Assembly: GCF_018389705.1 (NCBI RefSeq)
Contig: NZ_CP065581.1
Coordinates: forward strand, 810,001-842,000
Direction of reading: 5' to 3'
Source: Mycoplasma mycoides subsp. capri
GTDB lineage: Bacteria > Bacillota_I > Bacilli_A > Mycoplasmatales > Mycoplasmataceae
Length of the DNA stretch: 32,000 bases
Of the stretch, positions 8,965 to 21,235 are shown piece by piece (the stretch's first letter is position 1; every line of letters begins with the position of its first letter). The position numbers were made by a program, and so were the translations under genes. The notes beneath the pieces were generated by a model. The model was not told where the DNA came from. It saw only the letters and a program-made list of their open reading frames with translations, and did no database searches.

Positions 8965-10320
8965 ATGCTTAAATTTAATGATAAAAAAGAAGAATTAACT
9001 TTAGTTTGTTTAACTGATGTTAAAAATAAAAAGTATGTAGTAGATACTGATTTATCAACTTCATTTATTAGTGAAGAAAAAACTATTTATATGCTAATTA
9101 AAAAAGATCAAAAAGATTTATTTAGAAAACTAAAAATTGCTTTTAAAAATTTTGTTTTAGAAAATAAATACAATATTAATATCGATGTTGATTCATTTTT
9201 TAATTTATTAAATGAATGTGATTGTAAAGAAAAATTAATTAATACAATTTATGAAACAATTGCTTTTGAAACATATGATCAAATTAGTTATAAAAAAGAT
9301 ACTAAACCAAATGAAGTAGTATATAACTTATTAACTAGTTTTGATGTTAAAGAATTAGAACAAAAAGAAGCTATTAAAATGGAGTTTGTAAACTTTGCAA
9401 GAATGCTACAAGACACTCCACCAAACATTGCAACAAGTGAATATTTAGCTGAAAAAGTAGTTCAAAAAGCAAAAGAAATTGAAGGACTAAAGGTTACTGT
9501 TTTATGTAAAAAAGAAGCTACTAAATTAGGAATGAACTTATTTTTAGCAGTTAATGCAGGCTCACCATATGAACCACAAGCTGTAGTTTTAGAATATGTT
9601 GGTGATGAAAATGAACCAAAAAAAGCTCTTGTTGGAAAAGGAATTACTTTTGATAGTGGAGGTTATAATTTAAAGCCAGCTAAATATTTAGAAGGTATGA
9701 AATTTGATATGTCTGGAGCTGCTATTATGCTATCAACTGTTATGGCATTAGCTAAAATGAAAGCTAAAGTTAATGTTGTTGGTATTGGTATGTTTACAGA
9801 TAATAGAATTGGATCAACTGCTACTTTACCTCAATCAGTTGTTAAATCTATGAACGGATTAACAGTTGAAATTGATGATACTGATGCTGAAGGAAGATTA
9901 GTATTAGCTGATGGAATTACTTATGTAATTAGAGAAAAACAAGCAACTGAAATTTGAGAAGCTTCAACTTTAACTGGATCTGTTGTTTCAGCTTTAGGAA
10001 GTTATGCTACTGGAGTATTTACTCATTGTGATAAAAGATGAGAATTAGTTGAAAGCGTTTCAAAATTTAGTGGTGAAAGAATGTGAAGATTACCACTATA
10101 TGAAGAACATCTAGAAGAAGTTAGAAATGATGCAATTAATGCTGATATTACAAATGCTACAAAAAACTATGAAGCAGAAAGTTCAAAAGCAGCTAGTTTT
10201 TTAAATGAATTTAGAGAAGATAAACCTTATGTTCATTTTGATATTGCTGGAACTGATAGTATTAAAGGTAGAGGTCAAGGAGTTTTAGTTAGAACTCTAT
10301 TTGAAATATTTAATAAATAA
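8965..10320 (+). CDS. pepA: Leucyl aminopeptidase (M17 family)
   Basis: VGKGITFDSGGYNLKPAKYLEGMKFDMSGAA and DDTDAEGRLVLADG metal-binding motifs; joins through TGA=Trp (EI-W-EASTLTGSVVSALG) to TAA 10318-10320. Confidence 0.93.
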
Positions 10321-10335
10321 ATTAAGGAAAATATT

Positions 10336-11019
10336 ATGAAATTAAAAAACTGAACATTTTATAAAGCAAAACAATTTGTAAAACTAAATGAATCTAATGA
10401 AATTTTAAAAGATCTAGCTGTTTTAGTTTTAAGACCAGATATTAATAAAGAAAAAACACTTTTAGCTATTGGTTTAGATAAAAAAGTAGTTAATTCACTA
10501 ATTATTGATTTACAAAATAAAGCATTTGAAGAAAATGAATTATTTGAAATTTTTAAAGAAAATATTGGATTTGTTTCAACTGAAGAAATTAGTGAAATTG
10601 ATGCTAAAGGTTTAAATTTATCAACTCCAATTCATCCAGATAACATTAAATCAATTATTAAAATTTATAACTTATTTTTAAATATTGAACCAATTGAATT
10701 TGATACTAAAGATTATCAAGATTTAGAAACTATTCAAAACCAAGAAGATGTTTTTACTAATGTTGATTTTGAAAACATTCCACTACCTGCTTTATTACAA
10801 ACTTTAAATGTTGGTATGGAAAATTATAAGCAAAGAGTTGAAGAAATTTTTGAATTAGATGGAAAAGAATCTATAAATAAAAAATTAGAACTAGTTAATA
10901 TTCAATCTAATTTAATTGCTTTTTTTGATCAGGCATTAAGAAAAATGGATGAAATTATTACTAAACTAAGTGAACAAAATGCTGAATTAATTAAAAAACT
11001 AGAAAGTCAGGAAAAATAA
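10336..11019 (+). CDS. Conserved hypothetical protein (227 aa) with coiled-coil C-terminus, between two peptidase genes
   Basis: ATG 10336 MKLKNWTFYKAKQFVKLNESNEILKDLAVLVLRPDINKEKTLLAIGLDKK... to TAA 11017-11019; GGAAAA upstream; stop overlaps the next start (TAATG). Confidence 0.85.
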
Positions 11020-12812
11020 TGAAAAGACCTGAAGCTTTAAAAGAATATAAATGAGATTTTGATTATTTGTATAAAAATCAAGATGAATGAAAAAAAGATT
11101 TAAATTATTTAGTTGAGATTTCTAAAGAATTTAAAAATTTTAAAAATAAATTACATGAAAAAGAAACTTTTTTAAAATGTTTAGATTTAGAAGAAAAAGT
11201 TGATTTTATTACAAACAAGCTTTCAACTTATACAAGAATGGGAGACACTAATCAAGCTGATGAAGTTTATAGAACTTTAGAGGCTTTATTAATGAATGTC
11301 TTACAAGATATTGAAATCGAAACTTCTTTTATTTCACCAGAAACTAAAAAAATTGGTTTTGAAACTATTTCTAAATGATTAAAAGAAACTAAAGATTATC
11401 AAAGATATTTATATGGTTATAAAAAATTCTTTGAACAAGCAAAACACATTTTAAGTGAACATGATGAAGAATTATTATCAAAAATATCTAAAGGTTATAC
11501 TGCAATTTCAGGAATGTATGACACTTTAGCTTATGCTGATAGACAAGAAGAAACAATTAATTATAAAGGTGTTGATCAAGTTCTAACTAATTCTTTATTT
11601 TTAGAAATTCTACAAGATTCAGATCCAATTAAAGATCAAGACTTAAGACTAAAAGCAAGTGAAATCTTTTCAAAAAACTTCAGTTTAAAAAAACATAGTT
11701 TTGCTTTAATTTATGAAGGAATTTTACAATCAGATCATGAAGATACTAAATTAAGAAATTATGATTCAAGTCTACAAGCTAGTTTAAGCTCTGATTCAGT
11801 TCCTGTTGATATTTATTTAAAACTTTTAGAAGTTGGTAAAAAATATATTAAACCTTTAGAAGATTTTTTATTACTAACTAAAAAACATTTTAAATTAGAT
11901 AAATTTTATCCAAGTGATAGACAATTAAAACTTGTTAAAGAATATAATCAAACATTTACAGTTGAACAAGCAAAAGAACATATTAAAAAAGCATTAAGTA
12001 TATTAGGTGAAGAATATTTAAAAAATCTAGAAATTGCTTGAGGACCAAACAAAATCGATTATTATGAAGATACTAATAAAAGAGATGGTGCTTATTCAAC
12101 TGGTGGACATGGTGTTGATCCAATTATTTTAATGAACTGAGATGATAAATTAAATTCAGTTAACACTTTAGCTCATGAATGTGGGCACTCTGTTCACACT
12201 TTATTTTCAGAACAAAACCAAGTTTATCCACTAAGTCAATATCCAATTATTCTAGCTGAAGTAGCTTCAACTATTAATGAACACTTATTATTTGATTATA
12301 TGTATAAAAACACTAAGTCAAAAGAAGAAAAAATTTACTTATTACAAGAAAGAATCTTTAATTTAGTTTCAACATTTTATAGACAAATTCAATTTGCTGA
12401 TTTTGAATATAGAGCAAGCCAACTAGTAAGTAAGCAAACTCCTTTAACTAGTGAAGTTTTAAATAATTTATTTAAAGAAGTTGAAACTGATTATGGTTAT
12501 AAAGTATTTGACAAATTAGATGATAATATCAAATCAGGTTATGGATGACCTAGAATTAGTCATTTTTTCCACTCACCATTTTATGTTTATAAATATGCAA
12601 TTGATGTAACTGCTAGTTATAAATTATATGATGATATTAAAAAAGGAAACATTCAAACTACACTTGACTTTTTAAAAGCAGGTGGACATAAAGAACCTTT
12701 AGAAATTATGTTAGATGCTGGTATTGATTTTAATAAAGAACAAACTTATTTACCTTTAATTAATGGAATATCAGAACATATTAAAGAATTAGAAGAATTA
12801 TTAAAAGAATAA
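11019..12812 (+). CDS. pepF: Oligoendopeptidase F-type M3 metallopeptidase
   Basis: MKRPEALKEYKWDFDYLYKNQDEWKKDL...; zinc motif LAHECGHSVH; downstream EHLLFDYM, HFFHSPFYVYKYAID; TAA 12810-12812. Confidence 0.94.
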
Positions 12813-12813
12813 T

Positions 12814-12842
12814 AAAAAATCTCGGGTTTCCGAGATTTTTTT
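12814..12842. terminator. Bidirectional terminator shared by pepF (+) and the gntR gene (-)
   Basis: AAAAAATCTCGG-GTTT-CCGAGATTTTTTTT; poly-A/poly-T on both sides; the gntR stop lies in it. Confidence 0.85.
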
Positions 12843-13560
12843 ATAAATACTTAATATAAGAAGTTTCAAAGTGATCTATATTAATTGTGTGTTGAGTAAT
12901 TTCAACTATATTATCGTCTTTATCATATAAGATTGAATATCGGCAAATTACATAATCTTGGTGATTATCAACTAAAAGATTTCTAGTCATTTGATCTTTT
13001 AGTTTTGATTCTAATACACAAGTTAATTTGAAAGGTTCAATATTATTTTGTTCTAGATATTCAATTAATGAACTTCTAATTTTTTCACTATCAATTTCAT
13101 TTTCAAATAAATTTTTATTTATAAATGATTTTGCATATCTTACTGGTAGATCATTTACATAAAATACTTTAATATATGAAAAATAATCATCTGGATTAAT
13201 ATCAAGATTTAAATGTAATTTATGAATAATAGTGATTAAATTACTAGTATCTAATTCAGTTTCAATAATCACTTCTTGTTTGTTAGATAATAATTGATTT
13301 CTAATTGATTTAATTCTGTTAAAAGAAAAATCAGGATTAATAAAATAACCAGCACCTTTAGATGATTTAATTAAACCTTTAGTTTTTAAATCAGAAAATG
13401 CACTTCTAACAGTACCTCTACTTACTTTAAATTTAGTTACTAAAAAATATTCACTTGGTAAAGGAGTTTTTAAATCAACTTTTTTATGTTCTATTAGATC
13501 TAATAAGTAGTTAACAATTTTTTGACGTTCTGTGATTTCTTTATTTTTCTTGTCTTGCAT
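12841..13560 (-). CDS. GntR-family transcriptional regulator (TreR/HutC-like), probable regulator of the malto-oligosaccharide locus
   Basis: MQDKKNKEITERQKIVNYLLDLIEHKKVDLKTPLPSEYFLVTKFKVSRGTVRSAFSDLKTKGLIKSSKGAGYFINPDF: GntR wHTH followed by a UTRA-like ligand domain. Confidence 0.9.
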   Translation of the reverse strand: MQDKKNKEITERQKIVNYLLDLIEHKKVDLKTPLPSEYFLVTKFKVSRGTVRSAFSDLKTKGLIKSSKGAGYFINPDFSFNRIKSIRNQLLSNKQEVIIETELDTSNLITIIHKLHLNLDINPDDYFSYIKVFYVNDLPVRYAKSFINKNLFENEIDSEKIRSSLIEYLEQNNIEPFKLTCVLESKLKDQMTRNLLVDNHQDYVICRYSILYDKDDNIVEITQHTINIDHFETSYIKYL

Positions 13561-13582
13561 ATTAATTATTATAAATCTTTAT

Positions 13583-15187
13583 TTATTCAACAACGATTGT
13601 TTGTCAAGGTTTTAAAGTATTTTGTTTAAAATCTACTTGAGTATTTAAAATAATTTTATTATAATCATTTATTAAATGACTTATATCTACTTGTTCATCA
13701 CTTCAATTAGCAATTATTTTAATTGATTTATTTTGATCAATTCTAGTGTATGCAAATAACTTATCATTATTTGGATCTAATAATTCAAATTTAGCATCAA
13801 TAATTAATTGAGAATAACTACTTTCTTCTCTAAATTTAATTAATTTTTTTAAATAATGATAAACACCATCAGGATTTTTTAGATCATTTTTAGCATTAAT
13901 TTCTTTATAATTATCGTTTATATCAATTCAAGGTTGATGATTACTAAATCCAGCATATAAACTATCATCTCATTGATATGGAGTTCTAGCATGATCTCTA
14001 CTATTTACTAAAATTCCATCAATAAATTCATCATAAGTTAAAACTTGTTTTTCTAAAACTTCACTTTGATAAGTATTTTTAATCTCAACATCTTTATACT
14101 TATTTAAATCTGTTCATTTAACATTAGTCATTCCAATTTCATCACCTTGGTGAATAAAAGGAGTACCTTGCATTAAAAAGAAAGTTGTTAGTAAAGTTTT
14201 TGCTGAATCAATTCGATATTTATGATCATTTCCATATCTTGACACCATTCTTGGTAAATCATGATTTGATAAAAATAATCCAGATCATCCTTTATTATGT
14301 AAACCTTGTTGTCATTTTTGATAAATTTGTTTAAATTCTAAAAAGTCAACATCCATAGTTTTATATTTATTAATTTTGTTAAAAAAACTAGTAATTGGTT
14401 CAAAGTTAAACACCATTGAAAATTCTTCGTTTTTTTCATTTGAATATTGAATTGCGTGATCAATATCTGCTGATCAACATTCACCAACTGTTAAAAACTC
14501 ATTTGAATCTCAACTGTTTTTTCTTAGATCTTGAATATATTTATGTAACATTGGACCATTAGATAAAATCTTTTGATCAATTTTTTTACCAAGTAACTCA
14601 ATTACATCTAATCTAAATCCCATAATTCCAAAATCACATCATCACTTAACCATTTTTGCAATTTCTTCTCTAACCTTAGGATTTTCTCAATTTAGATCAG
14701 GTTGTTCTTTTGCAAACATATGAAAATAATATTGATTTGTAGTTTGATCATAAGTTCAAGCAGACCCACCAAAAGCTGAAGTAATATCATTAGGTTGATC
14801 TCTTCAAATATAATAATCACGATATGGATTAGTTTTTGATGATCTTGATTGTTTAAATCATTCATGTTGATCTGAAGTATGGTTTAAAACTAGATCCATA
14901 ATTATGCCAATATTTAACTCATTAGCTTTATCAACAAATTTTTTAAACTTTTCTAATCCACCATAAATTTGATTAATAGATTGATAATTTGAAATATCAT
15001 ACCCATTATCTACAAGTGGAGAATCATAAATTGGAGTTAATCAAATAGCACCAATTCCTAGTTCTTTTAAATACTCTAATTTTTCTATAGCACCATCTAA
15101 ATCACCAATTCCATCATTATTTGAATCTTTAAATGATTGAAGATACATTTCATAAACTACAGTATTTTTCCATCAGTAATTTGCCAT
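13583..15187 (-). CDS. malL: GH13 alpha-glucosidase (oligo-1,6-glucosidase / alpha-phosphotrehalase family)
   Basis: [57 protein letters not shown]...[18 protein letters not shown]...[13 protein letters not shown]...TVGECWS...[12 protein letters not shown]...; contiguous with TGA=Trp. Confidence 0.9.
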
Positions 15188-15188
15188 T

Positions 15189-17486
15189 TTAAACCTCTAT
15201 TTTAATATTTGATTCTAAAAGATATTCTTTATCAAATAAATTAATTTTTAAAGCTTGACCTTTAATTAATTGAATTTCAACTTCTGTTTTGTGATGTTTT
15301 ATTTTTAATACACGGTCTCTAAAATTAATATTAAATTCATAACCATTTCATTGTTTTGGTAGTTTTGGAGAAAAACAAGGTATATTATTTCTTACTAACA
15401 TTCCACCAAATCCTTCAACAATTGCTAAATAACTTCCTGTCATACTTGTAATGTGTAATCCATCATCAGTATCGTTATTATAATTATCTAAATCTAATCT
15501 AGCTGTTCTATTATAAAACTCATAAGCTTTATCCATTAAATCAATTCTTGCAGCAATTATTGAATGAACACAAGGACTTAATGAAGATTCATGAACTGTA
15601 AATTGCTCATAAAATTTAAAGTTTTTAGTAATTTGTTCTTTACTAAATTTATCTCATAAATAATAAATTCCTTGTAAGACATCAGCTTGTTTAATATAAA
15701 CACTTCTTAAAATACGATCTCAACTTCAGTTTTTATTTAAAGGTCTTTCATCTTTACTTAATAAATCTTTATGTTTTAAATCTTTATCTAAAAATGTATC
15801 GTGTTGAACAAATATATCTAAGTCTTTATCATATGGTAAATATATCTTATTAATAATATCAACTCATTTATTAGTTTCATTAGTACTTAAATTTCATTTA
15901 GATTTATTTAAGTTTAATTTATCTAACATTTCTAAAGTATAACTTAATACTCATTGACACATTAAATTAGTTAATCAGTTGTTATTAACGTTATTTTCAT
16001 ATTCATTTGGACCAGTAACTCCATGAATAAAGTATTTATCTTTAACTGAGTGATAATGAACTCTATCAGCTCAAAATCTTGAAACTTCAACCATTACATC
16101 CATTCCAAATTCTTTAATATAATCAAAATCTCCAGTATAGTTTGTGTAATTATAAATTGCATAAACCATAGCAGCATTTCTATGAATTTCTTCAAATGTA
16201 ATTTCTCATTCGTTATGACACTCAACACCATTAAAAGTTACCATTGGATATAAAGCACCTTTAAATCCTAATAACTTAGCATTTTCTATAGCTTTATTTA
16301 AATGATTATGACGATATTTTAATAGATTTCTACTAATTTTTGGATCTGAAGTTTTTAAGTATAAAGGTAAACAATAAGCTTCTGTATCTCAATAAGTAGC
16401 TCCTCCATATTTTTCACCAGTAAATCCTTTAGGACCAATATTTAAACGATCATCATTTCCATAATAAGTACAAAATAATTGAAATAAATTAAATCTAATT
16501 GCTTGTTGATCTAAATCAGATCCAATAATTTTAACATCACTAGTTAATCAACGTTTTTCTCATAAACTAGTGTGTTTTTCTTTTAATTGTTCATAGTCAA
16601 ATTGATTAATTTGATTATTTATTTTAATTGCATTTTCTTTTAATTTATCTTCTGAATAGTTTAATGAATGAACTAAAGTAACCAATTTATAAAATATAAG
16701 AGTTTCATTTGCTTTTAAATCAAATTTATAAGTAGTTTTTGCATATAAATTTGATTGATCAAAACTAATATCTTTAGTTTTTAAATTATAACTATTTGTT
16801 GCATAACAAGCATAACTAAAACGTGGTATATCAAAATTATTTTCAATCATTTTTGAAACTACTAATTGAGAGTTATTTGTAGCTAAGGAATCTAAATGTG
16901 TTCAAAACTTAGCTTTATAGTTTGAATCTCTATTAATTACATCTCCATTAATATAACTAGTTAAATCTAAACTAATATCTTTATTACTTGTAATACTATA
17001 TTTAATTGCAACTAATTCTTTAGTATCAATTGAAACAAATCTTTCAGTTTCAACTTTAATCTCTTTATTATTAATATTAGTTATAAATTCTCTACTTAAA
17101 ATACCTTGTTTTAGATCTAATGTTCTTTTATAACTACTTGGAGTTTGTTTAAATAAGTCTAGTTCAACATTATCTATAACTACATTTAATCCTAATAAAT
17201 TAACTGCATTAATTACTTTTCCAAAATAATTTGGATATCCATTTTTTCATCAACCAACTATTGTTTTATCTGGATATCATAACCCACCAACATAACATCC
17301 TTTATGAGTATCACCAGAATAAGTTTCTTCAAAGTTTCCTCTCATTCCTAAATACTCATTTCCTAAAGAAGTAATTGATTCACTTAATCTAAAATCATAC
17401 CCATTATCTGGTAGTTTGTTTTCAACTAATTTTCAAGGATCAACTTCAAATAGTCTTTTTATATTAACATCTATATTTGTTTTCAT
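15189..17486 (-). CDS. mapA: GH65 family disaccharide phosphorylase (maltose phosphorylase-like)
   Basis: [68 protein letters not shown]...[22 protein letters not shown]...[18 protein letters not shown]...[15 protein letters not shown]; ORF fragments 15348..15536 and 16560..16850 share the frame. Confidence 0.9.
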
Positions 17487-17527
17487 ATTACTCCTATTTT
17501 ATTAATATTATTAATTTTATTATCAAT

Positions 17528-17562
17528 AAAAATAGACACATTATTAGATTGTGTCTATTTTT
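17528..17562. terminator. Strong hairpin terminator between malK and the GH65 gene
   Basis: AAAAATAGACACA-N9-TGTGTCTATTTTT (13-bp stem). Confidence 0.85.
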
Positions 17563-17593
17563 TATAAAAGTAAATCTAATATATAGTAATTAT

Positions 17594-18679
17594 TTAACCA
17601 ATACGGTTTTCTGTAATTCCGTTAAATAAGTGATATTTATGAATTTTAATACCAACTTTATCATCAATTTTTATATTATTATCTTTTGAAGTAGTAATTA
17701 CAAAGTTATTTCCTGGAGTTAGTTCACAAGTTACTTGTTTGTTCATTCCTAATAACTCTGTATTAATTACACTAGCAACTATATTTGCAGTTATATCTGT
17801 TGATTCAACTAATTGAGCATCTTCACTTCTAATACCTAAATATAATTTAGTTACTTCTTCTTTTTTAATTAGTTCTAATTCTTCATCAGATAATTCAACT
17901 TTATAATTATTGATATTTGAAATAAAGTAATTGTTTTCAAGCTTACCTTCTAAAACGTTCATTGTAGGAGTTCCAATAAACTTAGCAACAAATAAGTTAT
18001 TAGGTTTATTATAAAATTCTTCTGGTTTTCCTACTTGTTGAATAACTTGGTTATTCATTAAAACAATTTTAGTAGCCATTGTCATAGCTTCTAATTGGTC
18101 ATGAGTAACATAAATTGTTGTTGTTCCTAAAATTCTATGAATTGAAACTAATTCAGTTCTCATTGATTCTCTTAGTTTTGCATCTAGATTTGATAAAGGC
18201 TCATCCATTAAGAACAATTTAGGTTTTCTAACAATTGCTCTTCCTAAAGCTACACGTTGTTGTTGACCTCCAGATAATTCTTTTGGTTTTTTAAATAAAT
18301 ATTTTTCAATATTTAATAACTTAGCAGCTCCTCTAACTCTATGGTTGATGATTTCCTTTTTTTCTTTTTTCATTTCTAAACCAAAGGCTAAGTTCTTATA
18401 AACATTATAGTGAGGATACAAAGCATAACTTTGAAATACCATGGCAATATCACGATCTTTTGGTAAAAGGTTATTAACTTTAACTCCATCAAATAATAGA
18501 TCACCTTTAGTGATTGAGTTTAATCCAGCTATGATTCTTAATAAAGTAGTTTTACCACATCCAGATGGACCTAGAATTACACAAAAGTCATTATCATTAA
18601 TTGTTAAATCAATATTTTCTAATGTATAAAATGAGTTACCTTCATATTTTTTTGATATATTTCTTAATTCAACTTTCAT
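17594..18679 (-). CDS. malK: Maltose/maltodextrin-type ABC transporter ATP-binding protein (MalK/MsmK/UgpC)
   Basis: MKVELRNISKKYEGNSFYTLENIDLTINDNDFCVILGPSGCGKTTLLRIIAGLNSITKGD...LSGGQQQRVALGRAIVRKPKLFLMDEPLSNLDAKLR plus C-terminal TOBE-like region. Confidence 0.95.
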   Translation of the reverse strand: MKVELRNISKKYEGNSFYTLENIDLTINDNDFCVILGPSGCGKTTLLRIIAGLNSITKGDLLFDGVKVNNLLPKDRDIAMVFQSYALYPHYNVYKNLAFGLEMKKEKKEIINHRVRGAAKLLNIEKYLFKKPKELSGGQQQRVALGRAIVRKPKLFLMDEPLSNLDAKLRESMRTELVSIHRILGTTTIYVTHDQLEAMTMATKIVLMNNQVIQQVGKPEEFYNKPNNLFVAKFIGTPTMNVLEGKLENNYFISNINNYKVELSDEELELIKKEEVTKLYLGIRSEDAQLVESTDITANIVASVINTELLGMNKQVTCELTPGNNFVITTSKDNNIKIDDKVGIKIHKYHLFNGITENRIG

Positions 18680-18680
18680 A

Positions 18681-21221
18681 CTAACCTTTTACTCCTCCAG
18701 ATAATCCACCTGTAATATTTCCTTGTAACATAATAAATAATGTACTAATAGGAACCGCAACAAGTAATGAACCTGCTGCAAATGCTCCTTGTGCAATTTC
18801 TCCAGATCTATTTAATAAGCTGTTTAATCCAGTAGCCATTGTTCAGTCTCTTTGATTATCTAATAGTAATTGTGGTAATAAAACATCACCAAATGGTCCT
18901 ATAAATGATCATAAAGCAATAACTGAAAGCATTGGTTTTGCTAGTGGGAAGATAATTTTAGTAAATACTTGTCAAATACTACATCCATCTATTTTTGCAG
19001 CATCATCAATGTCAGTTGAAATATTATCTAAATATCCTTTTAAAACAAAGACATTTCCAGGAATACCTCCACCAACATAAATTAGAATTAACATGATTTG
19101 ACCAGTAATATGAACGGTTTCTTGTAATAATTGAAACATTACATAAAACACAATGAAACTTGAAACAGTAGGGATCATTTGAATTAACATAACAGTCATT
19201 AAACTAATTCTTTTTCCTTTGAATCTAAATCTTGAAAAAGCATATCCAACCATAGCTGTGATTAATACCATAAAAATCATAGTAATAGTTGCAATAACTA
19301 GTGAGTTTAATAACCAATATCCAAAGAATGTACGTTCAAATAAATAACTAAAGTTAGCAAAACTGAATGCAAATCTCTTAAAGTCAAATCTACCAAGTGT
19401 TCCTAATTTTCCAGCAGTTGAAGTTGATTCATTAGCTGAATACCAGTTAAATGCTTGTAAAACAACTTGAGTAATTGGCACTATTATGATTAAAGCTCAT
19501 GCAATTAGAACTAGATAAATAAATGCTAGTCCAATTTTTCCATAAATACTTAGTGGTGGTTTATCTGATAAATAAAGTTTTCCAAATGTTTCTGTTAAAA
19601 ATCTTACATATTTAACATAAGCATTATTTTTTTCTTTTTTAAGTTCTTGTTCGATAATAAAGATTAACTCATTTTGATATTGTGATATTTCATTGTAGTT
19701 AACTAAATCTTTACTTAATAATGAGTCTGATTTTTTAACTGATTCTCAGACATATATTTCATTTTTTAAAATTTCATAAATTGTAGCTGATTGAATAATT
19801 TTAATATTTAAATTTAATTCTTTATATACAGCTATATTAATAGCTACAACTTTTGATCAGTTTTTATAACGACCTAATTGATCGATTTTTGTTTTTTTAA
19901 AAAACTCATTTTCTAAATGTTCTTCGTTAAAAATGATTTTTTCAATTTTTTTAGCAAATGATTCTGAAATTTCATAAGCTGTTTTTAAAATTAATAATTC
20001 AAATAATTCTTTTGCTTTATTAAAGTTTATTTTATTATCTTTGTTTTTTAAAGCATATAAATAAGCTAAACTAGATAATTTAATAATGTATAAGTGATTG
20101 TAATATTTATTAAAGTTTAAATGTTTTGATCTAAAATAAGTTTCACTTAAACTAGCTTGAAAATCGATTAAATCCTTTTCTTTAAAAATTAACTTAGCAA
20201 ATTTTAAACTTTCAGCATCGATTTTGTAGCTTTTATTATTAATTTTTAATGTGTTATAGTGAACAAATTTTTCGTTTTGTTCTTCTTTTTTAGTTTCAGA
20301 TTTGTCTAAAACTTTAGGATTAGTTAATAAACGTAGTTCTTTTGCAAGTCTTTCATTTATTTCTTCGCTACAATACAATCTAAATTTTTCTTTAGATTTT
20401 CTATTTTCAACAAGTTTTTCTCATCAACTCTTTTTATGAGTATCAACTTGATAAGTTAAAGATTTTTTTAAAGCTAAAATAATTGTTTCTTGAATAGTGA
20501 TATTTTCAACATTATTATTAACTAATTCATTAAATGCTTGTTCTAATAAATCATTAATTTTATTAAAAGCATAGTCTTCTGATAGATGTTCATGTTGAAT
20601 AATATTTAATGAAACAAAGTCCATAGCTTCTTTGTGAGTTTCATAAGTTAATAAAAACTCACTAGCTAAGATTTTTCCTAATTTTTCAAGATTGATCTTT
20701 TTAAAATAAGTTACAATAATGGCATTAATTTTTTTTCAACTATTTAAAAATTCATATAATTCTAAATTTTTAAAATCAAAATGGTCAAAATCTTTTAAAG
20801 ATTTTTGTTTTTCATAAACATTAATTTCATTAATAATTTCTTTTTCAACATACTTGTTTTCAATGATTTGATTCATTGTTTTATTAGCAGTAGATATATT
20901 GAAATTATTTTTATCATTAAATGTTGAAAAACTATTTGCTACTAGTAGTAATAATAAACCTTCAATTAGTTTAGAATCAGTTGTAAATTTTTTATAAATA
21001 TCTACAATGTTTCCAACTATATAATTACTTTTAATAAATAATTGATAATCTTTTATTTTATTTGTGCTTTTAATTGTTTCATCTTCTAATAATTTAGTTT
21101 TAATAATATTTCAGTTATTAGATTTTTTAAAACTAGAAAAGTCATATTTTTCTACAGGTTTTAATAAACTAGAAAATACTAAAGCTTTTTGATCAACATT
21201 TTGTTTTACTTCTGTTTTCAT
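18681..21221 (-). CDS. malG: MalG-type ABC transporter permease with a ~545-aa N-terminal extension (846 aa total)
   Basis: One open frame (TGA=Trp) through ORF fragments 18972..19481, 19857..20378 and 20424..20624. Starts MKTEVKQNVDQKALVFSSLLKPVEKYDFSSFKK; permease core from about 19590 (LSIYGKIGLAFIYLVLIAWALIIIVPITQVVLQAF...TMVFMVLITAMVGYAFSRF...EAA-loop DAAKIDGCSI) to NITGGLSGGVKG*. Confidence 0.92.
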
Positions 21222-21235
21222 AGCTATTTTACTCC

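Noticed and set aside
18441-18629. + strand ORF MAISRSFGKRLLTLTPSNNRSPLV...
   Set aside because: Antisense to the Walker A region of malK; a commonly mispredicted antisense ORF.
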